A DNA stretch of 63,552 bases, counting the filler, from Gonapodya sp. JEL0774 (taxonomy: Eukaryota), in NCBI GenBank assembly GCA_027604505.1. It is 18 parts of 18 records of this genome, joined end to end, with 100 filler letters (N's around TTAATTAATTAA, not from the genome) between each part and the next. Parts side by side here need not be neighbours in the genome. Positions count along the whole stretch, not along the records: positions 35,421 to 38,855 come from JADIIX010001292.1; positions 38,956 to 42,387 come from JADIIX010001293.1; positions 42,488 to 45,917 come from JADIIX010001294.1; positions 46,018 to 49,446 come from JADIIX010001295.1; positions 49,547 to 52,975 come from JADIIX010001296.1; 13 more parts are not named here. One strand, written 5' to 3'. This document shows positions 38,133 through 50,753 of this stretch, piece after piece. The notes under the pieces are model-generated. The model was not told where the DNA came from, did not search any database, and saw nothing but the letters and a program-made list of their open reading frames with translations. The number at the start of each line of letters is the position of its first letter. Position 1 is the first letter of the stretch. A program made the translations under genes and the position numbers.

Positions 38133-38855
38133 TCAGAGCGCCCTCCATATTCCGCTCTCTTGACCGCCCCTCCTACGCCGCCACGTGGTGCGTGTACGAA
38201 TCCACCAGAGTACAAAGTCCGCAGACTTCGCCGCGACAAAAACCATCTCCACGACATCACGCACCCGTACCTTGTCCAAAGAGCACGCCCTCGTAGCCAA
38301 ACACTTTGAAGCGGGTGAGGAGAGCGGCAATGAGGATGTCGGCGGGGCTGATTGAGGAAGGTGGGTCGGTGGTTGAATTCGCGAGGAAGAGGGTCGAGTC
38401 GTGATTGGTGGTGAGAGGCGGAGCGGAAGGACGGGACGAGCATGAGCAGAAGGAGGACGCGTTGAATATGGAGATGGCAGGGTGTACAGTTGCGCGATGT
38501 TCGTTTAGCACAGTGGGGAGGTAGGAGACCGCAAAGCACCCGTCGTGTGGACGGGGGACGACCACGACCCGGAGTTTCGCCAAAATTCCGTATCCAAGAC
38601 GCATGGCAAAAGATTCCCTCAACTTTCCGTCTACCATAGCGGTTTCGAATTCGAACGTGAATCTAATCTTCCCCAGCTGATCCACGGGAGCGTTTGGGAT
38701 CGTACTTCTCCGAGTCCACGCCGACCATCAGCAAGGATACGATGTGACCGCTCCAAGTGATCACACGCGCCTCGTCGCAACCAGCACCACCACGACCACT
38801 AATGATCATGCTTGATCCCATCACTAAAGACTCACCTAAACACCTCACCCACAAA
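38133..38855 (-). pseudogene. Unidentified protein-like sequence with an apparent frameshift
   Basis: ORF 38257-38685 appears to continue in another frame (38133-38330) with no obvious intron; no family recognised. Confidence 0.25.
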
Positions 38856-38955
38856 NNNNNNNNNNNNNNNNNNNNNNNNNNNNNNNNNNNNNNNNNNNNT
38901 TAATTAATTAANNNNNNNNNNNNNNNNNNNNNNNNNNNNNNNNNNNNNNNNNNNN

Positions 38956-40016
38956 AATACACGGGCGCATCCGTCACGGCCAATGGTAAGTGCGTGGTGG
39001 CGAGGTCCAAACGAGATGGGGGCGAGCGCGATGGAGGATGCGGGGTGGGGCGTGTCCGAGGGGCTACGCCGAACTGAAGACTGGGAGGAGATGCCGATGA
39101 GAGAGAGGAGAGAGGGAATAAAAGTGGGGTTCGTGGGAGGGAGGACGTGCTCTGGAACGGCAGTGTTGACCGCATATCCAAGGCATGAGTACAACCGCGG
39201 GGTTGAAGTCATCTATCATGTCGCGACCGACACACCTTGGTATCGTCTACCATCACCGTACTCTTTCTTTCCCGCTCCAGCTGGACATCTCACGACAACC
39301 AGCGATCCGTCGTCACATCCGAGCAAGAGAATGTCCGAATCGATGCAAGTGAAAGCTTTTGGATACCGCAACAAGAGCATACCGTCTCTGTTATCCTCGG
39401 TGTGGCCACCGCGGCTGCCACTTGCACCACTGCCACGCATCTGAAGTGCTCCACTCGAGCCATCTCCGTCGTCTTCGAGCAATGCGTCTCCCACGATCGC
39501 ACCAATCGAGTAGTTGACTACGTAGCTTGGGAAAGTCTCGAAATCTTGCCGGCTAGCGGCATAGAATGCCTCGGTGGAGAGAACCACCCTCACGACTTCC
39601 CCTCGCTCCGTACAGCAGATGATGTGGACGGGATAAAAGGCACCGTCCGACATCGTGCCGTCATCCACAGAGTTTTGCAAGACGTACACCTGCGGTAGAG
39701 CTGGATGAGGCAAGGGCAACCGGATGAGCAGTGTGCTTAATCGCGGTGGAGGGGGTACGGACGGAAGAGTTCCACGAGTCGAGATGTCATAGAGTTCGAG
39801 TGTCCGACGGGCGTCTGTGAGACGCCACAGGATAGTTCGCGGAGGGATAGCGCGCCCAGCAGTTTCATTGTATTGTGCGGGAGGATGTACCAGTACGATC
39901 CCACAGGGTACAGGTTCGGAGTGAGGTTCATCGTCAGGTCCCGCTTCCGGGTAGAGCGATTCAGACCGTGCAAAAGAAAGAGGAACAAACGAATCGGTGA
40001 AGAAACGGGGGGGCAT
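38956..40016 (-). CDS. NUP160: Nucleoporin Nup160/Nup120-like, N-terminal beta-propeller, 3'-truncated
   Basis: RTILWRL..RTLELYDIS, IRLPLPHPALP, HIICCTERGEVVRVVL..FY and LLLGCDDGSLVVV fit the Nup120/160 N-terminal pattern. Confidence 0.65.
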
Positions 40017-40704
40017 TGCGGAGCGAAAGGTTAGAGTGCCAACGACCGGCTCGTAAAGATTTCAGCAATTGCCAAGATATTTCCAGAGAGAAAGAGCAGC
40101 CCTTGAGGGAGCAGCTGCACAAGACAAGGTGCGAAAGAGTGACTTTAAAACCGAATCGAGGAGAAACCGCATTGGAATCGGTGGATCCCGGACATCGTTT
40201 TAAGTTTCAATGAAGTTGGACGTAATAAGTTCGCTGAAAGCCACTCACCTCAGACACTCTGTAAATGCATTCCACTTTCAAGTTATCCTCTGGCGTAAGC
40301 CCTGTCTTGACTGAATGCGAATAGAGTACGCTCACTTATCCAGGACTCAAAGGTGCAAACTCCAGTGCCACATCTTTTGTCGGTTGGTGACACCGACAAG
40401 GAGAAATACAAAGGTGTGTATCACAACCCGAAAAGGTAGTTACGAATTTCTCATGTCATTTATCGTGGTTTTCGAGAATGATTGCGAGAAGCAACTTACT
40501 TGTCATACCACTACTACGTTCAAATCACTGCAAATCTTCGCGGCATAGAATTCTGCGCCGGCAACAAATTTAATCGTGCGTTTAAAATGACTTTCGGGAG
40601 GGAGGCTTGATCATTATCACAAGCGCGAAGGAAGCGAAGTGAGCAAGGGTGAAACTTTTGCTAAAGTGAGGCGTAGAGCGTTATTCTGAGTAGCCACAAA
40701 GTGC

Positions 40705-41334
40705 TTACGGAGTCGCAAGCAACTCTGTGGAGGCAGTGGCACTACAGAGTTGACGGTGGGTGGGGGTCAGCACAGCCACGGTTTCCGCTGCAACACTCTT
40801 GGGAGGAACCAGCTCCCGTCTGTCTTCTCCGTCGCTACCAGCATCAGCGGTGCCTGCCTGAATACATCTTAGTGATGAACTGTCACGTTGGCGTCCTGGG
40901 CCACTGTCAGACTTAAGTGTTTGCTCACCGGATTCTGCGTCAGGTTTGCTTCCCGTCAAGCTGGCGCTGCTGAGCCCCGACCAGAAGGCAGCATCATAGA
41001 ATTCATGGTCTAGTCTACGGAGGGCAATGACGACATTAATGTTACGTCCTTTGCTGCTTGAGTAGCCGGAACATCCCGCATGAGGTCCGTTCCTTTTGTG
41101 CGGATAGGTGTTGCTTATGAACATCCGCAGCGCGACGACGCACACTACTACTAGACAAAGCAGACTGAATGTGTTTGGGAGCTTGGTGTGTAGTTCGAAT
41201 AGATCGAGCTCGGGTAATGGTGAGTCGTCGTTGCGCTGTAACACCATAGCGAGCGGCCTCCCCGCGGAGTGTCCTAGGCACCAGCGAAAGTCGGTGGTAA
41301 ACGGCTCGCTGCCTTGCTTCATCTGTTCTGACAC
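40705..41334 (-). CDS. Hypothetical single-pass membrane protein
   Basis: 209-codon ORF with one hydrophobic segment (FSLLCLVVVCVVAL); start uncertain. Confidence 0.3.
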   Translation of the reverse strand: MSEQMKQGSEPFTTDFRWCLGHSAGRPLAMVLQRNDDSPLPELDLFELHTKLPNTFSLLCLVVVCVVALRMFISNTYPHKRNGPHAGCSGYSSSKGRNINVVIALRRLDHEFYDAAFWSGLSSASLTGSKPDAESGEQTLKSDSGPGRQRDSSSLRCIQAGTADAGSDGEDRRELVPPKSVAAETVAVLTPTHRQLCSATASTELLATP

Positions 41335-42487
41335 ATTGCTTTACGGGGGGTGTCATGGGGTGGGAGGGTCAGCGTCGATGTCAGGAGTCAACTTATGGGA
41401 GTGCGGGCGTCCACTGTTGAGAGTCAGTACGGGCGGCACATGGGTTGCTACATTTTGATTGTGTATTTCACTGTTGCGGGGTGGCATTTCCGCCGGATCA
41501 GAATATCGATGTTATGTGCTATAATTCCCGTTCCACCACTGGGTCCTGATCCTGCTTACCACTGAATGGTGGTTTCTGGTACCTCTCAAGCAAAACGAGT
41601 GTATCGCTGCTTTCAGTTCCGAGAGTGAAGTTCTGTGCTTATGAACTGTCAAAGACCTTTCATAGGGCTCTGGCGGGCACTTGCCGGAGTCGGCACCAGA
41701 ACAAGCTCAAACACCAACTAATGTTGGACCACGAGTCGCGAGAGAAGGGTGCAAATGATTACGTTCCGCTGAATTTGCATGAAAGTACAATGATGTGAAA
41801 GTCTGTGTTGGTTTGGTTGAAGGCCACAGCGGTGGTTGGGATGAGGGTGCGAAAGGTTGAGGTTTGGGGCAAATGACCCAGACAAATCGGGCGAGAAACT
41901 CTGCGATTTTGAGCCGGGAGCCGGGGCAAGAATCTACGCTCTTAAAAATGAGCGACAACCTGCCTTGTGTTGTTCCATCCACTGCAAATCATGCTGAAGT
42001 CCGCCCACAAACCCGTATCGGCATCCAAGACGGCGTTCCGTCATCATGCAGATTACCTTGCGGATCCAGTGGCTGGAGTGAAGATCGTACAACTGGAGAG
42101 TCAGCTTTTCCATGTCAGCACACGAGTCACGGAAGGTCCCTACGAAGGTGGGAACCCCTTTCGCGTTGAACATTCACTGAACCGAGGCCGTAATTCCCTC
42201 GCTGAACAGGGATAACCATTCACTGGGAGCTCAAGATTCCAGACAACTATCCATTCGAGCCACCGTACGGGCGGGTGGTGCCTTCGTATCATTTTGATAG
42301 TCGGTACCATCATCACGTCTTCCCCGAGATGGGTATCTGCGCCGACTTTCTCTCAAACTTCAAGTACATGCATGCGAGGTTTGTTCTNNNNNNNNNNNNN
42401 NNNNNNNNNNNNNNNNNNNNNNNNNNNNNNNTTAATTAATTAANNNNNNNNNNNNNNNNNNNNNNNNNNNNNNNNNNNNNNNNNNNN

Positions 42488-42763
42488 CAAGACACCGCAT
42501 GCAAAGGCGCCAACCAGGTGTACGGTGGTGCCGGCCAACCCCAGTGCTTCATCGAGCTGACCTCTGGCAAACCCTTTGGCGACCACGATCAGATCGAGGC
42601 GGACAGCATACAGTGCAGGAGCATCCACGTCAACCTCGCATTCTTCAGGCCAGAGGTCCACTGCGTGCACGTTGGACCCACAGGTGGTGGCAAGTGTGTG
42701 GACTTGACTTATGACAGCTACTTCACGTTGCCTTTTGTGAAACCGTTTTTGTATAACGTGTGA
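42488..42763 (+). CDS. C-terminus of a Cys/His-rich protein of unknown function, probably secreted
   Basis: QCRSIHVNLAFFRPEVHCVHVGPTGGGKCVD fits a CRxxH..P.VHCxHxGPxGGxxC pattern I recall from uncharacterised fungal proteins. Confidence 0.65.
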   Translation, partial: QDTACKGANQVYGGAGQPQCFIELTSGKPFGDHDQIEADSIQCRSIHVNLAFFRPEVHCVHVGPTGGGKCVDLTYDSYFTLPFVKPFLYNV

Positions 42764-43390
42764 GTCGCGTGGGGTGAGCCGAGGACAGTACTATAATGTC
42801 GATCTTCCTCGCATGTATCAGAAGATGAGAAAAATGGAAGAAATAGTACGTATATCTTGAATGATATTACAAGAAACGTCACCGCCAAAACTTTATGCAT
42901 TGATTTGATGGCCCCTTCAAAATCTTGTTCCGGCGATGTCGTGTGCTCTAATTCCCAACACGAATCAACGTCCTCGATTGCTATCGCGTGATCTTTTGAT
43001 TGTAGCTATTTCCGGAATAACGGCACTGCCGACCACTAAGCATGACTTAGATATAATAACAGGAGGGTGAGATAGCGCAAGAACCACAGCACATGAGTTC
43101 AGCCACACCGCAGGAACGGCTGTGCCAAGGATCGAGCTCCGGTTCACTCTTTGGAACATGAGCGATTCTCCGAGCCAACCGTGCTAGCAAAACACATTCC
43201 CGTACCACGTGGATTCTCGCGTTTGTGAAGCTCAGAAAATCGGTTGAGACCTTCGAATCAGTCATTGGAGCAGGTGTCCCCGGTTGATGTCCATGGGATC
43301 GGTACCTTATTAAGTGAGACGCGTTTCAGTATATATTAATTGAGCAACATGCCCCACTGAGCTTTTTGAAACTTCTACGACCACAGCTGG

Positions 43391-44580
43391 GTGACCATCC
43401 ATCGCATCCCCGTCGACAGTGCGTCGGCGACTCTGATGGATGCCAAACCGACCACCACAACTCCGCCCGCCCCCTCTGCGGACGCGGAATTTTCTCGTAG
43501 CTCACAAACTCTGCAAACAGCTTCAAGGAGCTCGAAAACTGCAACCTCTACAGTACCGCTGCCTCTGTCACCTTTTGAATCCCATTCCGTGGCCGCATCA
43601 CCTACCACAACCCCAGGGAGAGTTCCTGCCTCACAAACGACCACAAGAGCGTTTTACAGTCCAGTGGACGTACCAACTGGATTTCTTCCCACTTTTGGCC
43701 ATCTTCAACCTGGTAGAATCACTGGCTCTTCGAGAATCACGGAGTCGGCAACCCTCTCCACTCCCATTGGACCTACCAGTGGACCTGCTACAGCTAGCGA
43801 TGGATCTGACTCAATTGAACCGTTAAGCTCGACAGAAGTCGGACTTTCTAGCAGAATTCTGGCAGCGATACTTGCGGGAGTGGTGATTCTCGTCTTTGTG
43901 GCGGTTTTGATAGCCTGCTGCACATGGAGGTCATCGATATGGCGAAAATGGATGGGCGGTAACACGTACGGAGAAAGGGTAGCAACGTCAGAGCTTTTGG
44001 AAGACGGAAGAGGAAGTGAGTTCCGCCGTGAAAAGTTGAAGTGCGCGCGTACTAAAATGACACCTTGACGTTGCACGAACTGCTTCAAGGCATGAAACTA
44101 ACGTCTCGCAGCTCCTCGTTCGTTCTTCAGCCCAGCACTCCAACAGAGTCTATCCGGCCTGGTGTCCTCGATCGCGCGAAACACTCTACGTCGGACTCTT
44201 TATCCAGACTCTCGACCAATGACTCGTCCTTATCTCGCAGTTTAACATTGCTGAACGGTCGCATAGGAACACAGTCAAGTAGTTTCACAGTTCGTGAAGG
44301 CAGCGTCACTTTGTCCTCCTCCCAAACCTCCTATTCCACCGATTCCGCTGGATCCACCGACTCATTTACACTCACAACGCGCATTGCCCTCCCAGTACCT
44401 CACAAAGCTTACTTCGACTACAGCCAGCCTGTGAATGATCCACTGGAAGCTGAAATCAATGTAGGTCCAGCGGCTCCACCCAGTTCTGAACTCTCGCCGC
44501 CGACATACTCAGACGCATCCGTGGCCGCTCCCTCCAGCAGCTGCTCACTTGAGTCTCAACAAGATGCCGAAGACGGTTAA
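43391..44580 (+). CDS. Ser/Thr-rich type I membrane protein (Mid2/WSC-like topology); 5' exon(s) uncertain
   Basis: S/T/P-rich ectodomain and TM ILAAILAGVVILVFVAVLIACC. Intron 44016-44090 joins the two ORFs in frame; the cytoplasmic tail is Ser-rich. Confidence 0.7.
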
Positions 44581-46017
44581 GCGGACTATAGATGAATGAC
44601 GAATCGCAAATCTTGTGGTGGCATGAGTTGAGTTGAATCGGTCGCGTGGGACCGGGAAAGAACCATTTCATTGTGAAAGTGTCTTGACTCTTGGGGACCG
44701 AGGGCAAGAAACCTACGCGTCTCTGATATCATGGCGTCTGATGAAGGAGCATCTTTTTTGATCTATTTCGATCGGCCACATTCATGGGAGTTACACATGT
44801 GAAATATCCGCTTTGTCTCTCCAGTCTGCACTGCGCATGTAGTTTTACGGCACTTGTATTTTCAGTTGTAGAGCTCTTTCAGTGTGTTCTCAGTATTGTA
44901 CATGTCTATTTACAGGATGAGAGTCCATTAAGCGTATGGAAGGGACGCGTTCCGAAGATCTAGAGCAAAAGATCAAGAGCACCCGTGCTGCGAAACGTTC
45001 TTTGCCCATTTCTTCTTCTCGGACACCCACAGCACAAATTCAATTAGTACTCGCGATGCTCTCAGCCAGCGCAGGCTTTGTTGCTAGACAACAAGGATGT
45101 TCCCCCTCCGTGCGGACCCTGCTGATCGCATTCGTTTACGACTTATGCTTCATGACAGCGGAACCGAAATTCGCATCGTTAAAGAGGGTCCTTACGATGC
45201 CCCTACCAAATGCCAAAGTACCAACGGTATAGAATGTTGCACCGATCTGCCGTGAAGTGCTTTTTCGCATCTCTCAAAAAGTGAAGTACGATAATTTCGG
45301 AACTTCATGGGCACAGAACATGGGTTCCTCACTTTCACATGAACTCCATTGTGCGAAGTCCACATGAGTGATGTCATGGATGAGACGCTCATCTCATTCG
45401 ACTGGTGATCACATGATCAAGCCACACCGTCATGGGGTACGTTCAAGCGCAGCCTTTGCCCCCGCGTATGCGAAAGATTCACTGTAAGCAATTCTCGACA
45501 CCTGGATTTTGACGCTTCCCTTTGAGTTAGGAGTTTGGTGAGAGCATTTCCAATTTAGGTTCATCATTTCGGTCATACATTTATGTATTACACAACGATC
45601 ATATTTTTGGAAAGGTGAGTCAAAATGGAATTCGTGCACAGTTGAAGATAGAAAAGTCCTGCTAACATACTTATTGAGTAGATTTCTGTCTATGAAGCAT
45701 CGTGACGCGATAAATCTGTAGATTTACTTGTGCAACATACATAGCACACAGCCGCCACACCCCTCAACAGGCCACGCGTACTGTTCCCCTCGTTCCAATT
45801 CCAGTCCGTCATTTCTGGGGAAGCACTTTTACGCTCGCACCTTGCAGAGTCTGATTTTCTCGGAATCTCCAGGAATCGCGAAAAGGTTCGTCGCCTGTGG
45901 GGGACTGGGGAATGTTTNNNNNNNNNNNNNNNNNNNNNNNNNNNNNNNNNNNNNNNNNNNNTTAATTAATTAANNNNNNNNNNNNNNNNNNNNNNNNNNN
46001 NNNNNNNNNNNNNNNNN

Positions 46018-46913
46018 TTCGTTCCGTCCCCTTCGGAGGTGACGAAACTCTTGCCCGGGCCAACTCGGCTCCCGTACCCGAACTCGGAATGATTCCCAAA
46101 GAGACCCGTGTCGACGATGTATACATCGACACCGGATCCAGCGAGACGGCCGTAAGAGTAGGTGTACGGTGGGGAGACGACGAGGCGGCTTGAGATCCGC
46201 GCCAGGTTCCACGTGCAGGCAGGTTGGGTCGCGGTGGTGTGAAAGCGGCTGTTGAACGGAGGTGAGGAGGTGGCACTGTCCGAGCCATCGCTGTGGTATT
46301 GTTGCTCGGCGTTTTGCTCGTGATCTTGGGGGAGGAGTCCGTTGTGTTCGAGTCCATCGGACGCGGATATGTCGGGACCTGGACCGAGATCGGAGTAGTC
46401 CAACCAGACCCTACGGTCCTGCTCCACATAATCGACAGCTGGATGGGCTTTGAGGGCGCGAAGGATTCGAGGGGAAGCGATGCGTACTGTTGCAGCGCGG
46501 AAATGAGAGGCGCGGTGGGGGTAGAGGGAGAGGAGAACGGAGGGAGGTGTGTGCGAGGAGTCGTGAGGGATGGAGACGTAGCGCAGGACGGATGATGTGG
46601 TGGGCAAGGGATGTTGCTCTGGTGATGGAGAGTTGGAGAGAGCGGATGCAGGATTGAGAGGACTTTGAACCAAGTGCTGCAACCACTGAACACCGGAATC
46701 ATCGACAAATGTGCAGTCTGACTTCAGCACGACAATGTACTGGTGCTGGATTGGGGAAGAGCGATGACAGTGGACGAGTGCTGCGGTTAAGAGCAGGAGA
46801 ATGAGTGCACGAAGGTTGGGACGTGGAAAGGAAGCGGGAAGTGAATGTGCACAGTTCATGCCGCGTGTCCATCGCGGGTGGTTTGATCGCGTGGAGGGGC
46901 GATGATGAGTCAT
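46018..46913 (-). CDS. Subtilisin-like serine protease (S8A, proteinase K type) with I9 propeptide, 3'-truncated
   Basis: Signal LILLLLTAALVHC, QYIVVLK, VDYVEQDRRV, TWNLARIS and GSGVDVYIVDTG (catalytic Asp)..HSEFG. The start may be at 46859. Confidence 0.93.
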
Positions 46914-49900
46914 TGCAGTGAATGGGGACTGGGAAACGCGAGAATGAACATGAGGCCGGTGAGTGATCGATCGAGGGGCAACCGTCCCAATCCCGACCCT
47001 TGTCCACAGACCGTAAAGATGTTCAAGAGCGTGTGACTCATACATTGCGAGGCGGAGAGAGTCATGGGGCAGAGGAAGGTTGAGTGAGAGCTATGAAATG
47101 GTAAAGCGCGAGAGGGGCCGAGGTTGGACGAATCTCCAAGGGTGTCCCGCCGACTCAGTTCCAAGTATCCTCTTTACAACTACCAATCCAAACTTGATAT
47201 CTGTTCGGAATCAAATGTTGTGATACTCTCTTAGTCTGTTCTTTGACTGAGCCTTGTGGGGCCGTCGTGCGCGCATGTGGACTCCATTTCAACCCGGAAG
47301 GTCACCTTCGGACAAACGGTGACACTCCAATCGCACCTACCGTACCAACAGAGCATGGCACCACCAAACCCCGACAGCCCCACTCTAAGCGCGTGGCTTG
47401 ACTGGTCTCAAATCTGGTCGAAACGAGAGGATCTGCAGCACGAAAAAATGTGTTCTTGAAGCCACTTCGTAGTTCATTGTGTTTGATCACACAGTGGTAT
47501 TGAGGTTCATTGAAATATTTACATTGTGGCTTGTCGCGAGAATTTTTTCTGGCACACATTCTCGAATGGGAGTGTCGGCTTCTATCGCCCCTGCTCCAAC
47601 GGTGTACTAACGACAAGCTAACTCGGTTTCCAGAATCCTTGCGGGTCTTTTGGTTGCTTTTCCTCCGAGCGTCCTTTCTCACCTGGACGACTCCCTGCTC
47701 GTCCACTGCCGGCGGCTCCGCCTTTCTTTCCACTAGACTTCTCAGTTTTCCGAGCGTCTCTCAAAGTCGTTTGCTGCTTACCGCCTGATGAAGACGAGGG
47801 ACGCGCTGTCTGACTCGTGCCATCCCCACCGTCATCACGAGTTTCGAAAGTGACTCGCTGTTTCTTACGGTTTCCGCCACTGAGGCCACTCTCCCCTGGT
47901 TGGAATCGCTTTCCTCGTATTGCTTTGTTGGAATCCCGACCCGAGAGCGACGATGGCGTGGGAAGAGAGTCCGAAGAAGCAGACTTTGGGAGAACGGGTG
48001 TCGAGGAAGGTTCGGAGAGTCGCTACGTGACCATGAAACACACTCATTGCGTATCCGCGAACAAAAGAATCGATCACGCTGCGGTGTACCTGCACGTCCT
48101 TATTGTAGTCTTGAAACGATTTACGTCCCAGAGCAGCGGTCGCGCGAGCACTCTGAGAAGGCGCCCTGGAACCAAGCTCAAGAGCCGGTAAGAACGAAAG
48201 ATAAGACAAGTTCTCTTCGATGACCGGGCCGCTAATCAATTGGTGAACTCAGTGCAGTTGAAAAGCAACGTTCACATTGGCAGGGTTTCCAACGACGCAC
48301 TCACCCTTGACCCCCCCGCGAACTCCCCCCATTCACCGCGAACGATCCCAGGTCTAAGCCATCCAAGACCCATTCTGCCTCTTTCGCCTGCCTCCGTTGC
48401 GCTTCGAGTGTGGCCTCAGCTTCGAGAGAAGCCGCTCCGTCCCTCATGAACTGATTTTGTCCGCGTGAAAGGAACGAGTGACAGCGCGGTCAGCGTTCAG
48501 CCAATCCGATGTCAGGTCGCAGTACGTATCAATCACCTTCATGTTCAGTATCGACGCGGAGAGAGTCTGGTATCGGACGAGCGAGTCCCAAATGCGAACG
48601 ATGCAGCATATTGTTGGTTCGAAGCAGATCCATTCGAGTCGGAGGAACGAAGCAGAGGTGTTCAGCAACGCTCATCACAGACGAGTGGTGAAGGCGTATG
48701 AGGTGACGTGGATCGATCGGATCCGGGAAACTCACAGTGCCGGACATTGTGTTGAAAAGACAAACGGTGCGGTTGAGGATAGTGGGTGAAGTTTTCACGA
48801 TCACCCAAAATGGCACGTTTGTTTTCGCTATTGATCGAAAGTATCAGCTCCATTTAGCCCCTGTTGAGCGGCTGGATGTATTTGCTGACGACCGCATCGC
48901 ATCACCGAATGTGACCCCGGTGATGAGGGATCAGCGCATAAGCAGAATGAGATTCTTTCGTCTCTGCGCTAGCACTCTTTGCAATACTCATTCATAAGGA
49001 TAATATACACACTACAGATGTGGTTTGTGACGTTTTCCAACGCCAACCTGCAGTCACCCGCGCGCCCGCTGTTATACTATCGCTCCAACCGTGCTTTTCT
49101 TCCATCGCTGACTTCACCATCTTATCAAACTCCCTGTCACATCCCATATACACTCCGCGGCTCTCACCTCCCGCCCTCGTCAGGCGCCCCTATCGCGGTG
49201 TCGCGAGCAAGGGGTTGTTGACTCCATCGCTTGGCCGTTTGGCACCTGTAGTAGGATTGCTCTTGACACTCGCACTTCCCACTATGAGAGCCTTGTTTTC
49301 TGTACAGCCAAGTGAGAAGTGTTGAACACCTCTGGTGACTTGCTCGCCATGTTGAGCGTCCACACCGCGTTGGACTTACGTTTCAGTGCCTGGGCAAACA
49401 CGTGCAGCATGTCCAAGAACCTCGCTTGGATGTTTTGAAACTCGACNNNNNNNNNNNNNNNNNNNNNNNNNNNNNNNNNNNNNNNNNNNNTTAATTAATT
49501 AANNNNNNNNNNNNNNNNNNNNNNNNNNNNNNNNNNNNNNNNNNNNCGCACCTGGAAGTCAAACTAACTTCCAATAATGTATCCAAAAAGGTCCATTTCA
49601 TCATCTATCTTGGTCCTTGTCAAACATAGCGGACTTCTTTGGGTGTCCCGGTTCTGATACAGTTTGTGTTGCTGGGCTCTTGAGCACCAGTGACTGCCAA
49701 ACTCACCGTCGATTCTTGCACATACGGGACATAGTATTGTCCCAAAGGCGGAGAAGGTCCCTCAGATCCTGAAGGTGATGGGGCGAGAGGGGTAGATGCA
49801 AATGTATTGAAAGCAAAAGGTCGAGACATAGAATGCCAACGTCGCTGGGGATCATGGTGTCGGCGAGGCTGCTGAGCAGGATGTAAATTTCGCTAGGTTA

Positions 49901-50753
49901 GATTCACATCCGATTCAGGTTGTTGGCTGTCAGATAATTCTAAGTCCCAGCATGACCCTCTCTTCCCCGTCCTCCTGAATGCTCACACTGAAACATTTCA
50001 ACTGTAGTCCCGGGACCACTGGCGGCGACACAGAGGCTCGTACTGCATTTACAAGTGCTTGGGGGGACCTCATCCAGTGAAGGAAAACAAACGTGTGCTG
50101 GGCAGGAGCTTCCGATTTCGCCTGCAGTTCAACTGCATACACAAAGGACCAGATATGAAAATTTGTACAAATGTGAAACATCGAACGGGGGTGGCGATTC
50201 CTTTGAATCTATTTGTAGTGCCGATATGTACAAAAGCCAAAGAATTCTACTGGTGTCAATACTTGAAATTTGAAGATGTGTAGTTGCCGCACACGACAAT
50301 TGATCGGATGCAAATGCCGCTAAGAAACGGACGCTTAATGCCTTAACCCATCAGTCCACGGGATCTCCCTCGTGAACTGGATCCTCTAGAGGCGAAGGTG
50401 CACTATTGAACATCACGGCGGTCAGCATACTCGATAGCACTTCGATGGGGTGTGCCTGGCTCATCATCTGCGCGGCAGATTGCAAGATTTCGTCCATCGG
50501 GTGCGAAGCGCCACTCCTCGAGGCATCGTACCAAGCACATCGCTGTGCGTCGCGCATCGTGTGACACAACTTTCCGAGATATTCGATATAGTTCCACGTT
50601 GGGCAATGTATGTGTGAATGAGTGTGCATGCCCGGCTGGTGAGTAACTGCACAGCAAGAGCAGTAGCGGATGTTAATAGCGCGAGCACAGACGTCCGGAG
50701 ATGACAGTGGTGTTGGCTCTCCAGAAGCCCTCTCTGGGACTACCTGAGCAGTG

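Noticed and set aside
38257..38265. In-frame TGA as possible selenocysteine, since some early-diverging fungi use Sec
   Set aside because: No selenoprotein family context and no recognisable SECIS; a frameshift or ordinary stop is simpler.
47300..49446. Probable multi-exon minus-strand gene with a low-complexity C-terminus
   Set aside because: Frame and exon boundaries could not be resolved and no family was recognised.
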